Of a stretch of 64,000 bases of DNA, positions 20,268-29,181 are shown in pieces. The notes under the pieces were generated by a model. The model was given only the letters and a program-made list of their open reading frames with translations. It was not told the origin of the DNA and searched no databases. Both the position numbers and the translations under genes were made by a program. The stretch is from a virus (lineage: Duplodnaviria > Caudoviricetes): positions 96,001 through 160,000 of the IMG/VR virus record IMGVR_UViG_3300022555_000003, one strand, 5' to 3'. The first letter of the stretch is position 1. Every line of letters starts with the position of its first letter.

Positions 20268-20290
20268 CCAAACTGCTATACTTAAAGAGT
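20254..20290 (+). promoter_or_regulatory. Early promoter (consensus cassette)
   Basis: TTGACA-17-TATACT TAAAGAGTA. Confidence 0.8.
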
Positions 20291-20297
20291 AAACATT

Positions 20298-20522
20298 ATG
20301 ACATTGCGAAAAACAGTAGAAATTAAAAAAGTTGTTGACAAAGCAAACGAGATGTTGAAAAATTCAACATGTTCTCCAGCTGAACGAAACATGCTTTCTT
20401 CGTTTATTGGTTCATTGCTCCATGACATTGACATGTATCAAGGATTTACATATTTGGACATGCCATATAAACCAGGTGTCACAGATGAATCGCGTAGGCA
20501 TTATTTTCTTAGATGCTATTAA
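20298..20522 (+). CDS. Hypothetical protein
   Basis: ORF directly behind promoter. Confidence 0.55.
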   Translation: MTLRKTVEIKKVVDKANEMLKNSTCSPAERNMLSSFIGSLLHDIDMYQGFTYLDMPYKPGVTDESRRHYFLRCY

Positions 20523-20985
20523 GTATTATTTTCAAAGCGCACAAAAAGTTATTGGGAAGGGTGATCTCCAACTCAGTAATAAATGTTCAGGGGTTCGACT
20601 CCCTTGTCAGCGTTACAGCTGAACGGGTCCATGTAGAATTAGTGGCCACTGAGTCTCATACATTGAATTTTGGTGCGCTTTGAAAATATTATGAAAATTT
20701 TTACGGATGAAATCGACAGCAGAGCAGAATTGTTTGTTAATGACAATTTTAGCAATCCAACAGACAACGTCAGATTGATTGTCAAAACAGCTATGCTCAT
20801 TGGGGCGTCTATCACAGTAGAATACAATAGCAACTGTTCAAATATTAGTTCAAAAATCTCAGAAATTAGTATTGACGGCAGAAAAAGATGCTATTATGTA
20901 TTAGGTGTTTATTGTCCGTATGATGTAGTTAATGAAGCAATATGTGATTCATGTATTGCTTGTGGACGACTTGGAGATTAAAAAT

Positions 20986-22002
20986 ATGAGCGACATAACA
21001 CGAAAATTAGCGACAGTTAGAAAAATTTCAAATATTACTGCAATCCCAGACGCAGACAACATTGTCTGCGCTCAGGTTGATGGATGGAAGGTTGTTGTCC
21101 TAAAGGATCAATTTAGGATTGGCGAGTATGCAGTGTACTTTGAAATTGATTCTTGGATTCCAAAAGACATTGCTCCGTTCCTAACTAAGCCTGGACAACC
21201 TGCCAAAGAATATGAAGGCGTTGTTGGTAATCGGCTTAAGACTATTCGATTGAGAAATCAATTATCTCAAGGACTGTTGATGCCGTTATCTGTTCTACCT
21301 TCAGACGTTAATTATGAACTTGGTTCAGATGTCACAGACTTGTTAGGCATTCTCAAATATGAAGCTCCTGTACCGAACGAAATCGCAGCTCAAGTAAAAG
21401 GTCACTTTCCAAATTTCATTGGCAAAACTGATCAAGAACGTTGCCAAAATTTAACGAACGAAATTGAACAATGGTCATCGGATCCAACAATGACATGGGA
21501 AGTAACAGAAAAGATCGATGGAAAATCTATCACATTTTTTCAAAGAAATGGTGAGGTTAGTTACTGTGGACGGAACTACGAGTTCAAAGATGTAACAACT
21601 CATTCTATTTCTAATGTTAATATTGAAACAATGTTTGCTGATAAAAGTCTGAACATTGCAATTCAAGGCGAAAAAGTTGGACCAGGAATTCAGAACAACA
21701 AGTACAAACTAAACAAGCACTTCTTTTATGTGTTTGATATTTTTGATATCGACAATCAAACGTATTTCACACCAGCAGATCGGCAGAAATATGTTATGGA
21801 CCATAATCTGTTGCATGTTCCAATCTTAAATAAAACTGCTAATTTGAAATCAGTTGATGAACTGTTAGCAGACGCAGACGGCAAATCAATTGTTTGCTCA
21901 ACACTGGACCGTGAAGGAATGGTATTTAAGGCTAACAATGGACGAGGTAATTTTAAGGCAATCTCAAATAAATTTCTTTTGAAATATTCTGACAGAGATT
22001 AA
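20986..22002 (+). CDS. ATP-dependent RNA ligase (DRB0094-like family)
   Basis: RKLATVRKI N-domain, KTDQERCQN, motif I EKIDGKS, QGE, FDIF, REGMVFK, FKAISNKFLLK. Confidence 0.88.
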   Translation: MSDITRKLATVRKISNITAIPDADNIVCAQVDGWKVVVLKDQFRIGEYAVYFEIDSWIPKDIAPFLTKPGQPAKEYEGVVGNRLKTIRLRNQLSQGLLMPLSVLPSDVNYELGSDVTDLLGILKYEAPVPNEIAAQVKGHFPNFIGKTDQERCQNLTNEIEQWSSDPTMTWEVTEKIDGKSITFFQRNGEVSYCGRNYEFKDVTTHSISNVNIETMFADKSLNIAIQGEKVGPGIQNNKYKLNKHFFYVFDIFDIDNQTYFTPADRQKYVMDHNLLHVPILNKTANLKSVDELLADADGKSIVCSTLDREGMVFKANNGRGNFKAISNKFLLKYSDRD

Positions 22003-22003
22003 A

Positions 22004-22210
22004 ATGCAAGGTGAAATAATTCCTATTTCAGTAGAAAAACATTTAAACACTTTTTTAGAGCTCGTTGAGTTTGAAACTTGGATGACTAATCACATTGGTC
22101 GTAAACATTATTCATGGGAGAGGATGTATTTTGACTTAATAATTAATGTATGTTATTTCAAAGTTCGTAGTAAGAAAAAACGACTGTGGGTTTTACTTAG
22201 ATGGGGTTAA
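22004..22210 (+). CDS. Small Trp-rich family member (second cluster)
   Basis: WMTNHIGRKHYSW...KKKRLWVLLRWG. Confidence 0.6.
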   Translation: MQGEIIPISVEKHLNTFLELVEFETWMTNHIGRKHYSWERMYFDLIINVCYFKVRSKKKRLWVLLRWG

Positions 22211-22211
22211 T

Positions 22212-22418
22212 ATGTCCAGGAATATTATCAAAATTAAAATGCTAGATAATACACGATGGTTTGATCAAATGGTTATTATCGATGATTGGATGTCAGAAAA
22301 TATTGGACGGAGAGGATATACCTGGAGGAGAATTGGTAGGGATTTTGTTAACCATGAAATGTCTTATTCAATTCGAAGTAAGAAAAAAGCTACTTGGGTA
22401 TCACTAAAGTGGGGCTAA
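22212..22418 (+). CDS. Small Trp-rich family member (second cluster)
   Basis: WMSENIGRRGYTW...KKKATWVSLKWG. Confidence 0.6.
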   Translation: MSRNIIKIKMLDNTRWFDQMVIIDDWMSENIGRRGYTWRRIGRDFVNHEMSYSIRSKKKATWVSLKWG

Positions 22419-22677
22419 ATGTCAGTACATATTCCTAATAGACCAAATTTGACATTTGCAGAACATTGTAAACATTTTGACATCACATATAGATTTCTAA
22501 AATATAAAGGAAATACATATCTTATTGTGACAAGTCAAGCAGGTTATATTGACATGTTTTACTATCACAACTACATCATACGTCCATATTTTCCAAATGC
22601 AAAAATTACAAAACATAATAGGTTTCAAACGTCTTTCAAGCTTGGATCAATTTTTGATATTATGAGTCAACTTTAAT

Positions 22678-23109
22678 ATGGAAATAAGATCTAGACTTGG
22701 TAAGGTATTATATAAATCAAATTCCATAACATTAGATTATTCAGACTTAAATAATTTAGATTTGCGTGAAGCACAGTTAAGCTATTGTAATTTACGTCTT
22801 ATAAATTTCAGCGGAGCAAACTTGAGTGGTGCTGATTTGTTTGATTCATATTTACATTTATCTAATTTAACTAATGCAGATTTAAGTTATGCAAATTTAT
22901 TTGCAACAGAAGTAATTGAGGTTGATTTTTGTGGAGCAGATTTAAGTTATGCTAATTTGGAGTCTGCAATATTATGTGATTCAGATTTACGTGGAGCAAA
23001 ATTAGACGGTGTCAAAGTAAACGACAGAACTAGAATTAATTCATCTACTAAACTTGATCCAGAACAACTCACATACTTAATACTCGTGGGACTCAAATAT
23101 GGAGATTAG
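22678..23109 (+). CDS. Pentapeptide-repeat protein 3
   Basis: MEIRSRLG ... [26 protein letters not shown]. Confidence 0.9.
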   Translation: MEIRSRLGKVLYKSNSITLDYSDLNNLDLREAQLSYCNLRLINFSGANLSGADLFDSYLHLSNLTNADLSYANLFATEVIEVDFCGADLSYANLESAILCDSDLRGAKLDGVKVNDRTRINSSTKLDPEQLTYLILVGLKYGD

Positions 23110-23620
23110 ATCTAAATTAGGAAACGTATTGTGTAATGTTGATAGCTCTATATTAGCTGGAGCGGATTTAAGTCATCACACATTACAAAATGCAGATTTA
23201 CGTGGAGCAAAATTAGACGGTGCAGATCTATCAAACGCTGATTTAAGAAGTGCAACTCTTCGCGAAGCTGATTTTAGTAATGCAGATTTACACCATGCAA
23301 ATCTTCATTATGCAAATTTACACGATTCAAATTTTAGTAATGCCAATTTAAATTTTGCTAATTTACATTCCACAGATATATATGGTGCAAATTTTAGAGG
23401 TGCTGATTTATCCAGAGCTAGATTGGATAATTCAGACATGATGTATTCAGATTTTCGTTTTGCAAATTTAACTGGTACAAATTTGAGAGGAGCAGATCTA
23501 AGAGGAGCAAATTTAGACGATATAAAAATTAATCAAGAAACAGTAATTAATTCAGCTACTAAACTTGATCCAGAAAAGCTAACATATTTTATTTTGTCAG
23601 GTGTCCATTATGGTAATTAA
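23099..23620 (+). CDS. Pentapeptide-repeat protein 4
   Basis: MEIRSKLG ... [24 protein letters not shown]. Confidence 0.9.
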   Translation: MEIRSKLGNVLCNVDSSILAGADLSHHTLQNADLRGAKLDGADLSNADLRSATLREADFSNADLHHANLHYANLHDSNFSNANLNFANLHSTDIYGANFRGADLSRARLDNSDMMYSDFRFANLTGTNLRGADLRGANLDDIKINQETVINSATKLDPEKLTYFILSGVHYGN

Positions 23621-24146
23621 ATCATTAACTGGCGAAAACATATACAGCACTCACTTCACTACATTAGTTAATGCAGATTTAAGTCTATTAAATTTAGATT
23701 GGGCAGATTTTCATAACAGAGATTTAAGTGAAGCAGATTTACATGGATCTGATTTACGAAGTTCAAATTTGAGTGGAGCACGTTTTCGTGGTGCCAATTT
23801 ATGCGATACAGATTTGTATAATGCAGATTTGAGTTGTGCAGATCTAAGCGGAGCAAATTTAACTGGTGCAGCTTTACATTATGCAGAGTTGCGCTATGCA
23901 AATTTGTATAATGCAGATTTGAGTTGTGCAGATCTAAGCGGAGCAATTTTATCTGAAGCAATACTATGTAATGCTAATTTATCAAATGTAGATTTATGTA
24001 GTGTGGATTTGAGGTTTGCGAATTTAAAGGGTGCAATCTTAGAGGGAATAAAAATAGATGAATTTACCTGAATTGATTCAACTACGCATATTGAGCCTGA
24101 ACAGTTAACATACCTGTTTCTCAAAGGGCTTAAATATAGAGGCTAA
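23610..24146 (+). pseudogene. Pentapeptide-repeat protein 5 with an in-frame TGA at 24069-24071
   Basis: The family C-cap IDSTTHIEPEQLTYLFLKGLKYRG* continues in frame after the TGA. Confidence 0.75.
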
Positions 24147-24258
24147 GTCGTTTGTTTTCAGTGCTTAACTCGACACAAAACGTCGTATAACGCAGTTTTT
24201 AACTGGAGTTGGGGCTCTTGTACCAGATATGCCCTAAGAATTGCTTAAACGACGTTTT
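24144..24258 (+). repeat. 115-bp palindromic element, copy 1 (followed by early promoter 24266-24304)
   Basis: TAAGTCGTTTGTTTTCAG, then an 82-bp hairpin AAAACGTCG...CGACGTTTT starting 33 nt after the first T. Confidence 0.9.
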
Positions 24259-24304
24259 ATTTTGGTTGACATTTAACCAACCAAAATGCTATACTTAAAG
24301 AGTA

Positions 24305-24772
24305 ATGAAAACCTACACAGAAGCTGAAATTAGACACAAACTAGCAACTGATGAGCGTTGGGTACGAAGGGCACTCATTAGATTGTACGAACGCCAAACA
24401 CAATCTGAGCAGAGCGCAGAGTCCACTCAAAATCACAACTGCAAGGGCTTTGCTCCGTGCGACGCTAAATGGTTTTCTCGTTTGGCAGTGTTCGTAACAA
24501 AGTACCCCAAAAAGCAGTTGACTCCAAAACAGTTGGCGTTGGTTTGGCGTCCATTTAAGAACCAGCCCGCCATAACAAAGTATGCTGGTCAGCTTATGAA
24601 GGTGATGGCAGAAGACGCAGCGGTAAAGCCAACAGTAGCCCAAATGAATTCAGCTTGCATTAGGTGTGGTGAAGAGCAGCCCATGTGTAAGTGCGAACGG
24701 AAAGCAATGGATGTTGAACACGAACGGTTGATGGAAGAAAAGGCGTTCATGTCCGAAATGATGTATTCATAA
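24305..24772 (+). CDS. Conserved-looking hypothetical early protein
   Basis: ATG directly after TATACTTAAAGAGTA; raised GC. Confidence 0.6.
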   Translation: MKTYTEAEIRHKLATDERWVRRALIRLYERQTQSEQSAESTQNHNCKGFAPCDAKWFSRLAVFVTKYPKKQLTPKQLALVWRPFKNQPAITKYAGQLMKVMAEDAAVKPTVAQMNSACIRCGEEQPMCKCERKAMDVEHERLMEEKAFMSEMMYS

Positions 24773-25162
24773 TTTATGGTCCAACCAATCACAAAAGTTT
24801 CTTTAAATAAAGTTATTTCTGGAGTTATCAAAGATTCGATAAGAACGCATGGTGACATCACGCCACAAACAATGTCATCGTTCTCAAAAAGGTTAACTGG
24901 AGAGATGACTGCTGTATTACGTAGAGCTGGTTTCGAGGTTAATTGATGTACGTTAAAACACAATTCGAAAAAGATTCTCTGATTGTTCGATACGAGCACG
25001 AACTTGTTTGGTTGAAAAATAAAATTGAGGAATTGAAATTGAAGCTAGATAAAAAACCATCAACTTCAAAACAAATTAAAGACTTGCAACGTCAAATTCG
25101 CCAAACTGAAGTTTTCATTGCATTCATTTGAAAATATAAAAAAGATATGTTATAATAGTATT

Positions 25163-25527
25163 ATGAAATGTTTATTGTTAATGTTGTTTTCTGTAGGAGC
25201 ATTGGCGCAATCGTTTGATATCTCAGACAAGAAGTTATTTTATTATTCGGTTGCAGCTCATGGTACTGGAACATATATCTAGATGCTTGGTCATCTTGGA
25301 ATCAAAATGAGGCCAATCAAACACTCCAAGGTGCAAACGGTAAATTTGATGCAAAAGGTGTTGCTATCAAAAGTGCATTCTTTGCTGGAACAACTGTTGT
25401 TGAGCTATTAATTCTGAAAAAGTATCATCCAAAATGGTTGGTAAAGACTTTTACTGTTGCCAACTTTGCTTTAGGTGGAGAATATACTGCAATAGCTATT
25501 AGTAACAAGTACAGACAAAACAATTAA
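25163..25527 (+). pseudogene. Frameshifted secreted/membrane protein
   Basis: Signal MKCLLLMLFSVGALAQ; TAG after codon 39; removing one AT from ATATAT (about 25272-25277) restores a 120-aa ORF ending TAA 25527. Confidence 0.65.
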
Positions 25528-25529
25528 TA

Positions 25530-25919
25530 ATGCAAATCAAATCCAAATCTGGTAAAATACTACATACATTTGATGATAAGACAGATCTGTATGGAGCAAA
25601 TTTAGATCGATTACATTTGCACAATGCAGATTTACGTGGAGCAGATTTGACTTGGGCAACTTTATGTCACACAAATCTGAATGACGCCGATTTAAGCCAT
25701 TCAAATTTGTGGTGGGCAGATTTGAGTTTTACATTGATGAGTGGTACAAATCTACATGGAGCAAATTTAGATTGTGTAAACATGTATTGTGCGGATCTAC
25801 GTGGAGCAAATTTAGAAAATATAGTACTAAACGAAAATACTAATATTGGTCCATCAACTAAACTTGATCCTGAGCAGCTTACATATTTGATGTTAAGAGG
25901 AATTAGATATGGAGATTAA
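25530..25919 (+). CDS. Pentapeptide-repeat protein 6
   Basis: MQIKSKSG ... [21 protein letters not shown]. Confidence 0.9.
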   Translation: MQIKSKSGKILHTFDDKTDLYGANLDRLHLHNADLRGADLTWATLCHTNLNDADLSHSNLWWADLSFTLMSGTNLHGANLDCVNMYCADLRGANLENIVLNENTNIGPSTKLDPEQLTYLMLRGIRYGD

Positions 25920-26355
25920 AACAAAATTTGGTGCAGTAATATTTATAACATTTAATGATACATTGGTTGGTGAAAATTTATGGGGAGCCGACTTTAGTCA
26001 TGCAGATTTCAATGGTATGAATTTAAGTTATGTAAATTTGTGTGAATCAAATTTATATTCTGTAAATTTCTGTCAAGCAGATTTAAGTGGAGCAGACTTA
26101 CTTGGAGCAAACTTATGTAAATCTGATTTACGTGGAGCTAATTTATTTGGAGCAGATTTATTTTGTACAAATCTAATAGGTGCTAATTTAAGTGGAGCAA
26201 ATTTATGTAATGTTGATTTACGTGGAGTCGATTTACGTGGAGCAAAGTTAGATAATGTTATAATAGATCGATTTACAAGAATTAGCAGTACAACTAAAAT
26301 AAGTAAAAAACAACTTACTTATCTATTATTAATTGGTCTCAAATATGCAAATTAA
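25909..26355 (+). CDS. Pentapeptide-repeat protein 7
   Basis: MEIKTKFG ... TRISSTTKISKKQLTYLLLIGLKYAN. Confidence 0.9.
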   Translation: MEIKTKFGAVIFITFNDTLVGENLWGADFSHADFNGMNLSYVNLCESNLYSVNFCQADLSGADLLGANLCKSDLRGANLFGADLFCTNLIGANLSGANLCNVDLRGVDLRGAKLDNVIIDRFTRISSTTKISKKQLTYLLLIGLKYAN

Positions 26356-26695
26356 CACAACAATAAGATCATTAACTGGTGAATTATTGCATGTTGGTCC
26401 CGAACTAATTCTATCCAATTTGGATTTAAGTTATGCTAATTTATATGGTAGACGTTTGAGTTTTACATTGATGAGTGGTACAAATCTACTTGGGGCAGAT
26501 TTATTTGGAGCAAACTTACGTGGTGCAGATTTAAGTGGTGCAGATTTAAGTGGTGCTGATATGCGGCAAGCAGATCTACGTGGAGCAAAGTTAGATAATG
26601 TGAAAATAGATGACGATACAAGAATTAGCAGTACAACTAAAATAAGTAAAAAACAACTTACATATTTACTTTTGTTGGGCCTTAATTATGGGTAG
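26345..26695 (+). CDS. Pentapeptide-repeat protein 8
   Basis: MQIN..IRSLTG ... TRISSTTKISKKQLTYLLLLGLNYG. Confidence 0.9.
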   Translation: MQINTTIRSLTGELLHVGPELILSNLDLSYANLYGRRLSFTLMSGTNLLGADLFGANLRGADLSGADLSGADMRQADLRGAKLDNVKIDDDTRISSTTKISKKQLTYLLLLGLNYG

Positions 26696-26726
26696 CATAA
26701 ATAAAATTGTAGATAGGAAATTAATT

Positions 26727-26798
26727 GCGAGGTTCGTCTAATCAGGACGCCACCCATTCCCGGTGGAAATGGAAGTTGAACGCTTTCACTTCGCTCCA
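26727..26798 (+). tRNA. Atypical tRNA-Glu(TTC)-like gene
   Basis: GCGAGGT/ACTTCGC acceptor, T73, CCA; CCACC-CATTCCC-GGTGG anticodon arm; D-loop without GG, T-loop TTGAACG. Confidence 0.65.
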
Positions 26799-26805
26799 AA
26801 CAAAC

Positions 26806-26994
26806 ATGCCTTTATATGAATATCGATGTTCGAAATGTAATAAATTATTAGAATTGTTTAGACCAATGGATAATCACCCAGCGTGCTGTCCAACTTGCTA
26901 TGAACCTAAGGGACTAGTTTTATTACCAAGCAGAAGTTCTTTTAAATTGAAAGGTACCGGTTGGTATCAGACTGATTACGCTGGAAAGAAATGA
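26806..26994 (+). CDS. FmdB-family zinc ribbon protein
   Basis: MPLYEYRCSKC...CPTC...SSFKLKGTGWYQTDY. Confidence 0.85.
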   Translation: MPLYEYRCSKCNKLLELFRPMDNHPACCPTCYEPKGLVLLPSRSSFKLKGTGWYQTDYAGKK

Positions 26995-27380
26995 GTTTGT
27001 GCTCAATAATTGGCGATTCAATAGCAGTGGGAATAGCTCAGTTTAGACCTGATTGTGTTTCTTTTGCTAAACAAGGTGTAGCATTATATTCAATAAATAA
27101 TCAATTATTTCACGTGAGTAAAAATACAAATACACTTATTATAAGCACAGGAAGTAATGATTCATACCTAACTGTAACAGATGTAGTTAATTTTAGATCA
27201 CAAATTACAGCTAAAGAAGTTATTTGGATTTTACCAATGAAAAAAGCCAATAAGAAGATTATAAAACAAGTATCAAATCAATTTAAAGATTCATTTATAG
27301 ATTTTTCAACAGTAGTAAGTACAGACCGGATTCATCCAACATTTAAAGGATATAAGCGGATAGCTGAGCTAACAAAATGA
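26991..27380 (+). CDS. SGNH/GDSL-hydrolase-like protein
   Basis: IIGDSIAVG, STGSND, DRIHPTFKGY. Confidence 0.7.
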   Translation: MSLCSIIGDSIAVGIAQFRPDCVSFAKQGVALYSINNQLFHVSKNTNTLIISTGSNDSYLTVTDVVNFRSQITAKEVIWILPMKKANKKIIKQVSNQFKDSFIDFSTVVSTDRIHPTFKGYKRIAELTK

Positions 27381-27676
27381 GAGTATTAACAGCAAGAGAA
27401 TTATTAAGCAAGAAACTTGTGTTTGGAGATCCCAAACAAATTGAAGCATTAACTGTATTAAGAGTATTAAATCATCTTAACGAATTAAAGCAAAAATATC
27501 CAAATATTGATTATACTTGTGATGAATGTGATGGTTCGGGTTATTTCTATGATAATGACACAGATGATTGTGATGTCTGTGACGGTAAAGGTCATGTTGA
27601 ATTATTTAATTTGGAATATGTAGATCAATATCAAATTGAAGATCAAATTCAATTTATAATGGAACATTGTAAGTAA
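27377..27676 (+). CDS. Protein with a DnaJ-type CxxCxGxG zinc finger
   Basis: CDECDGSG...CDVCDGKG. Confidence 0.6.
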   Translation: MRVLTARELLSKKLVFGDPKQIEALTVLRVLNHLNELKQKYPNIDYTCDECDGSGYFYDNDTDDCDVCDGKGHVELFNLEYVDQYQIEDQIQFIMEHCK

Positions 27677-27690
27677 ATTAAGTCCTAAAG

Positions 27691-27702
27691 ATAAATACTT
27701 AT
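27691..27702 (+). promoter_or_regulatory. T4-type late promoter
   Basis: ATAAATA-CTTAT-ATG. Confidence 0.7.
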
Positions 27703-29181
27703 ATGATATTACGAGAACTCTATGAGCAATTATCTGAAGGAATCAACGACCCTCATAATTTTAAAGCACTTATTACAATAGGGGCCCCTGGTTCAGGAAA
27801 ATCTAGTGTTGTTAAAATATTAACAGCTGGTAGTGGTTTAACTAAGGTTGATCCAGATCAATTTTATGAAATGTTTAAATCACGACACGGATATAAAGAA
27901 TTTGAAACCCCTCCTGACATTGAAAAAGATCCAGACTGGGAAAAAGCCAAGTTATCACAGCGCTCCAGACGAGCAAATCTATTAGAAGCCCATCGTGGTA
28001 TAATTCTAGATACAACTGGAAGATATGTAGAAGCTGTAATTAGAGATATATCTAGATTACGTAGCGAAGGGTATGATGTCGCTATGTTATATGTTGATGT
28101 GTCAACAAAAACTGCTATAGATAGACAACAATTAAGAAGCCGAAAAGTAAATCCTGACATTGTTGAACAATTTCACAATGAAGTAAAAGCTAATATATCA
28201 GAATATAAATCAATATTAGGTGATAATTTTGTAATATATAATAATGATTTAGGTAATATTGATACTAGCGACCCAAATAGATTTAAATCTAATATACCAA
28301 ATACAACTCCTAGAAAATGGATTACTAAATGGCTTAACACACCAGTTAATAATGAAAAAGCGAATAAATGGAGAGCAACACAGAAACCAGCTGCTGGAAG
28401 ACGTGATAATCCATTACATGAAACCATTACTGTGCCGTCTGATCCATCTAGTGATGCAAATATACAAGAACTAGCAGATATAATCAAAAAAAAATGTAGT
28501 AAATATCTAGAGTCTGTTCAACCAGGTCAATTTCTATGGCATGGAACTAGTAGTAAAACAAAAGATATGGTGTATGCATCGAAAAGTCGTGCTGTTAGAA
28601 TACCAGTTGACAGTGATAAATTTATAACATCTTTGTTTGATAAAGCATTAAATGAACATGGGTTTATTGCTACCAGAAGTAATAGTATATTTGTAATTGG
28701 CGACAAAAACGCCGCTGAAGAGTATGGAACATTATATGCTATTTTTCCAATAAACGGTTTTAATTTTACCTGGTCTATGTCACACAATGATGTAATATTA
28801 AGTAAAAATACTGGATTAAGATATAAATTATTTAATCCCGAAAAATTACAACAAATCTTGAAGAATAAACTCGCTCACTGTTCTTCAATTGATATAGCAA
28901 ATAAAGATAACATCAATCAGTTTTTAAAAGGTAATATTAAAAAATTGTACGGAATAACCTTCACTCCTAAAGAAATTCAAACAATGTTTGATAGTGATGT
29001 AGCAATGAAGAATTTCAATTTTTCAAAAGAAAACTTATCAAAAGCAATTAATAGCGAAAATGAAATATATTTAAGTGGAAAATATATTGCTATACGTGGT
29101 GGACTAGTTTTATCTAGGGTATGCTCTATATTATTCCCAATGGTAAAACCTCCACATATAAAGAAAAGGCGTCATTCATGA
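27703..29181 (+). CDS. Zeta-toxin-like P-loop kinase fused to an ADP-ribosyltransferase-like domain
   Basis: GAPGSGKS, VDPD, ILDTTG; C-domain LWHG, RSNSIF, A..YG, IFP, ENEI. Confidence 0.6.
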   Translation: MILRELYEQLSEGINDPHNFKALITIGAPGSGKSSVVKILTAGSGLTKVDPDQFYEMFKSRHGYKEFETPPDIEKDPDWEKAKLSQRSRRANLLEAHRGIILDTTGRYVEAVIRDISRLRSEGYDVAMLYVDVSTKTAIDRQQLRSRKVNPDIVEQFHNEVKANISEYKSILGDNFVIYNNDLGNIDTSDPNRFKSNIPNTTPRKWITKWLNTPVNNEKANKWRATQKPAAGRRDNPLHETITVPSDPSSDANIQELADIIKKKCSKYLESVQPGQFLWHGTSSKTKDMVYASKSRAVRIPVDSDKFITSLFDKALNEHGFIATRSNSIFVIGDKNAAEEYGTLYAIFPINGFNFTWSMSHNDVILSKNTGLRYKLFNPEKLQQILKNKLAHCSSIDIANKDNINQFLKGNIKKLYGITFTPKEIQTMFDSDVAMKNFNFSKENLSKAINSENEIYLSGKYIAIRGGLVLSRVCSILFPMVKPPHIKKRRHS

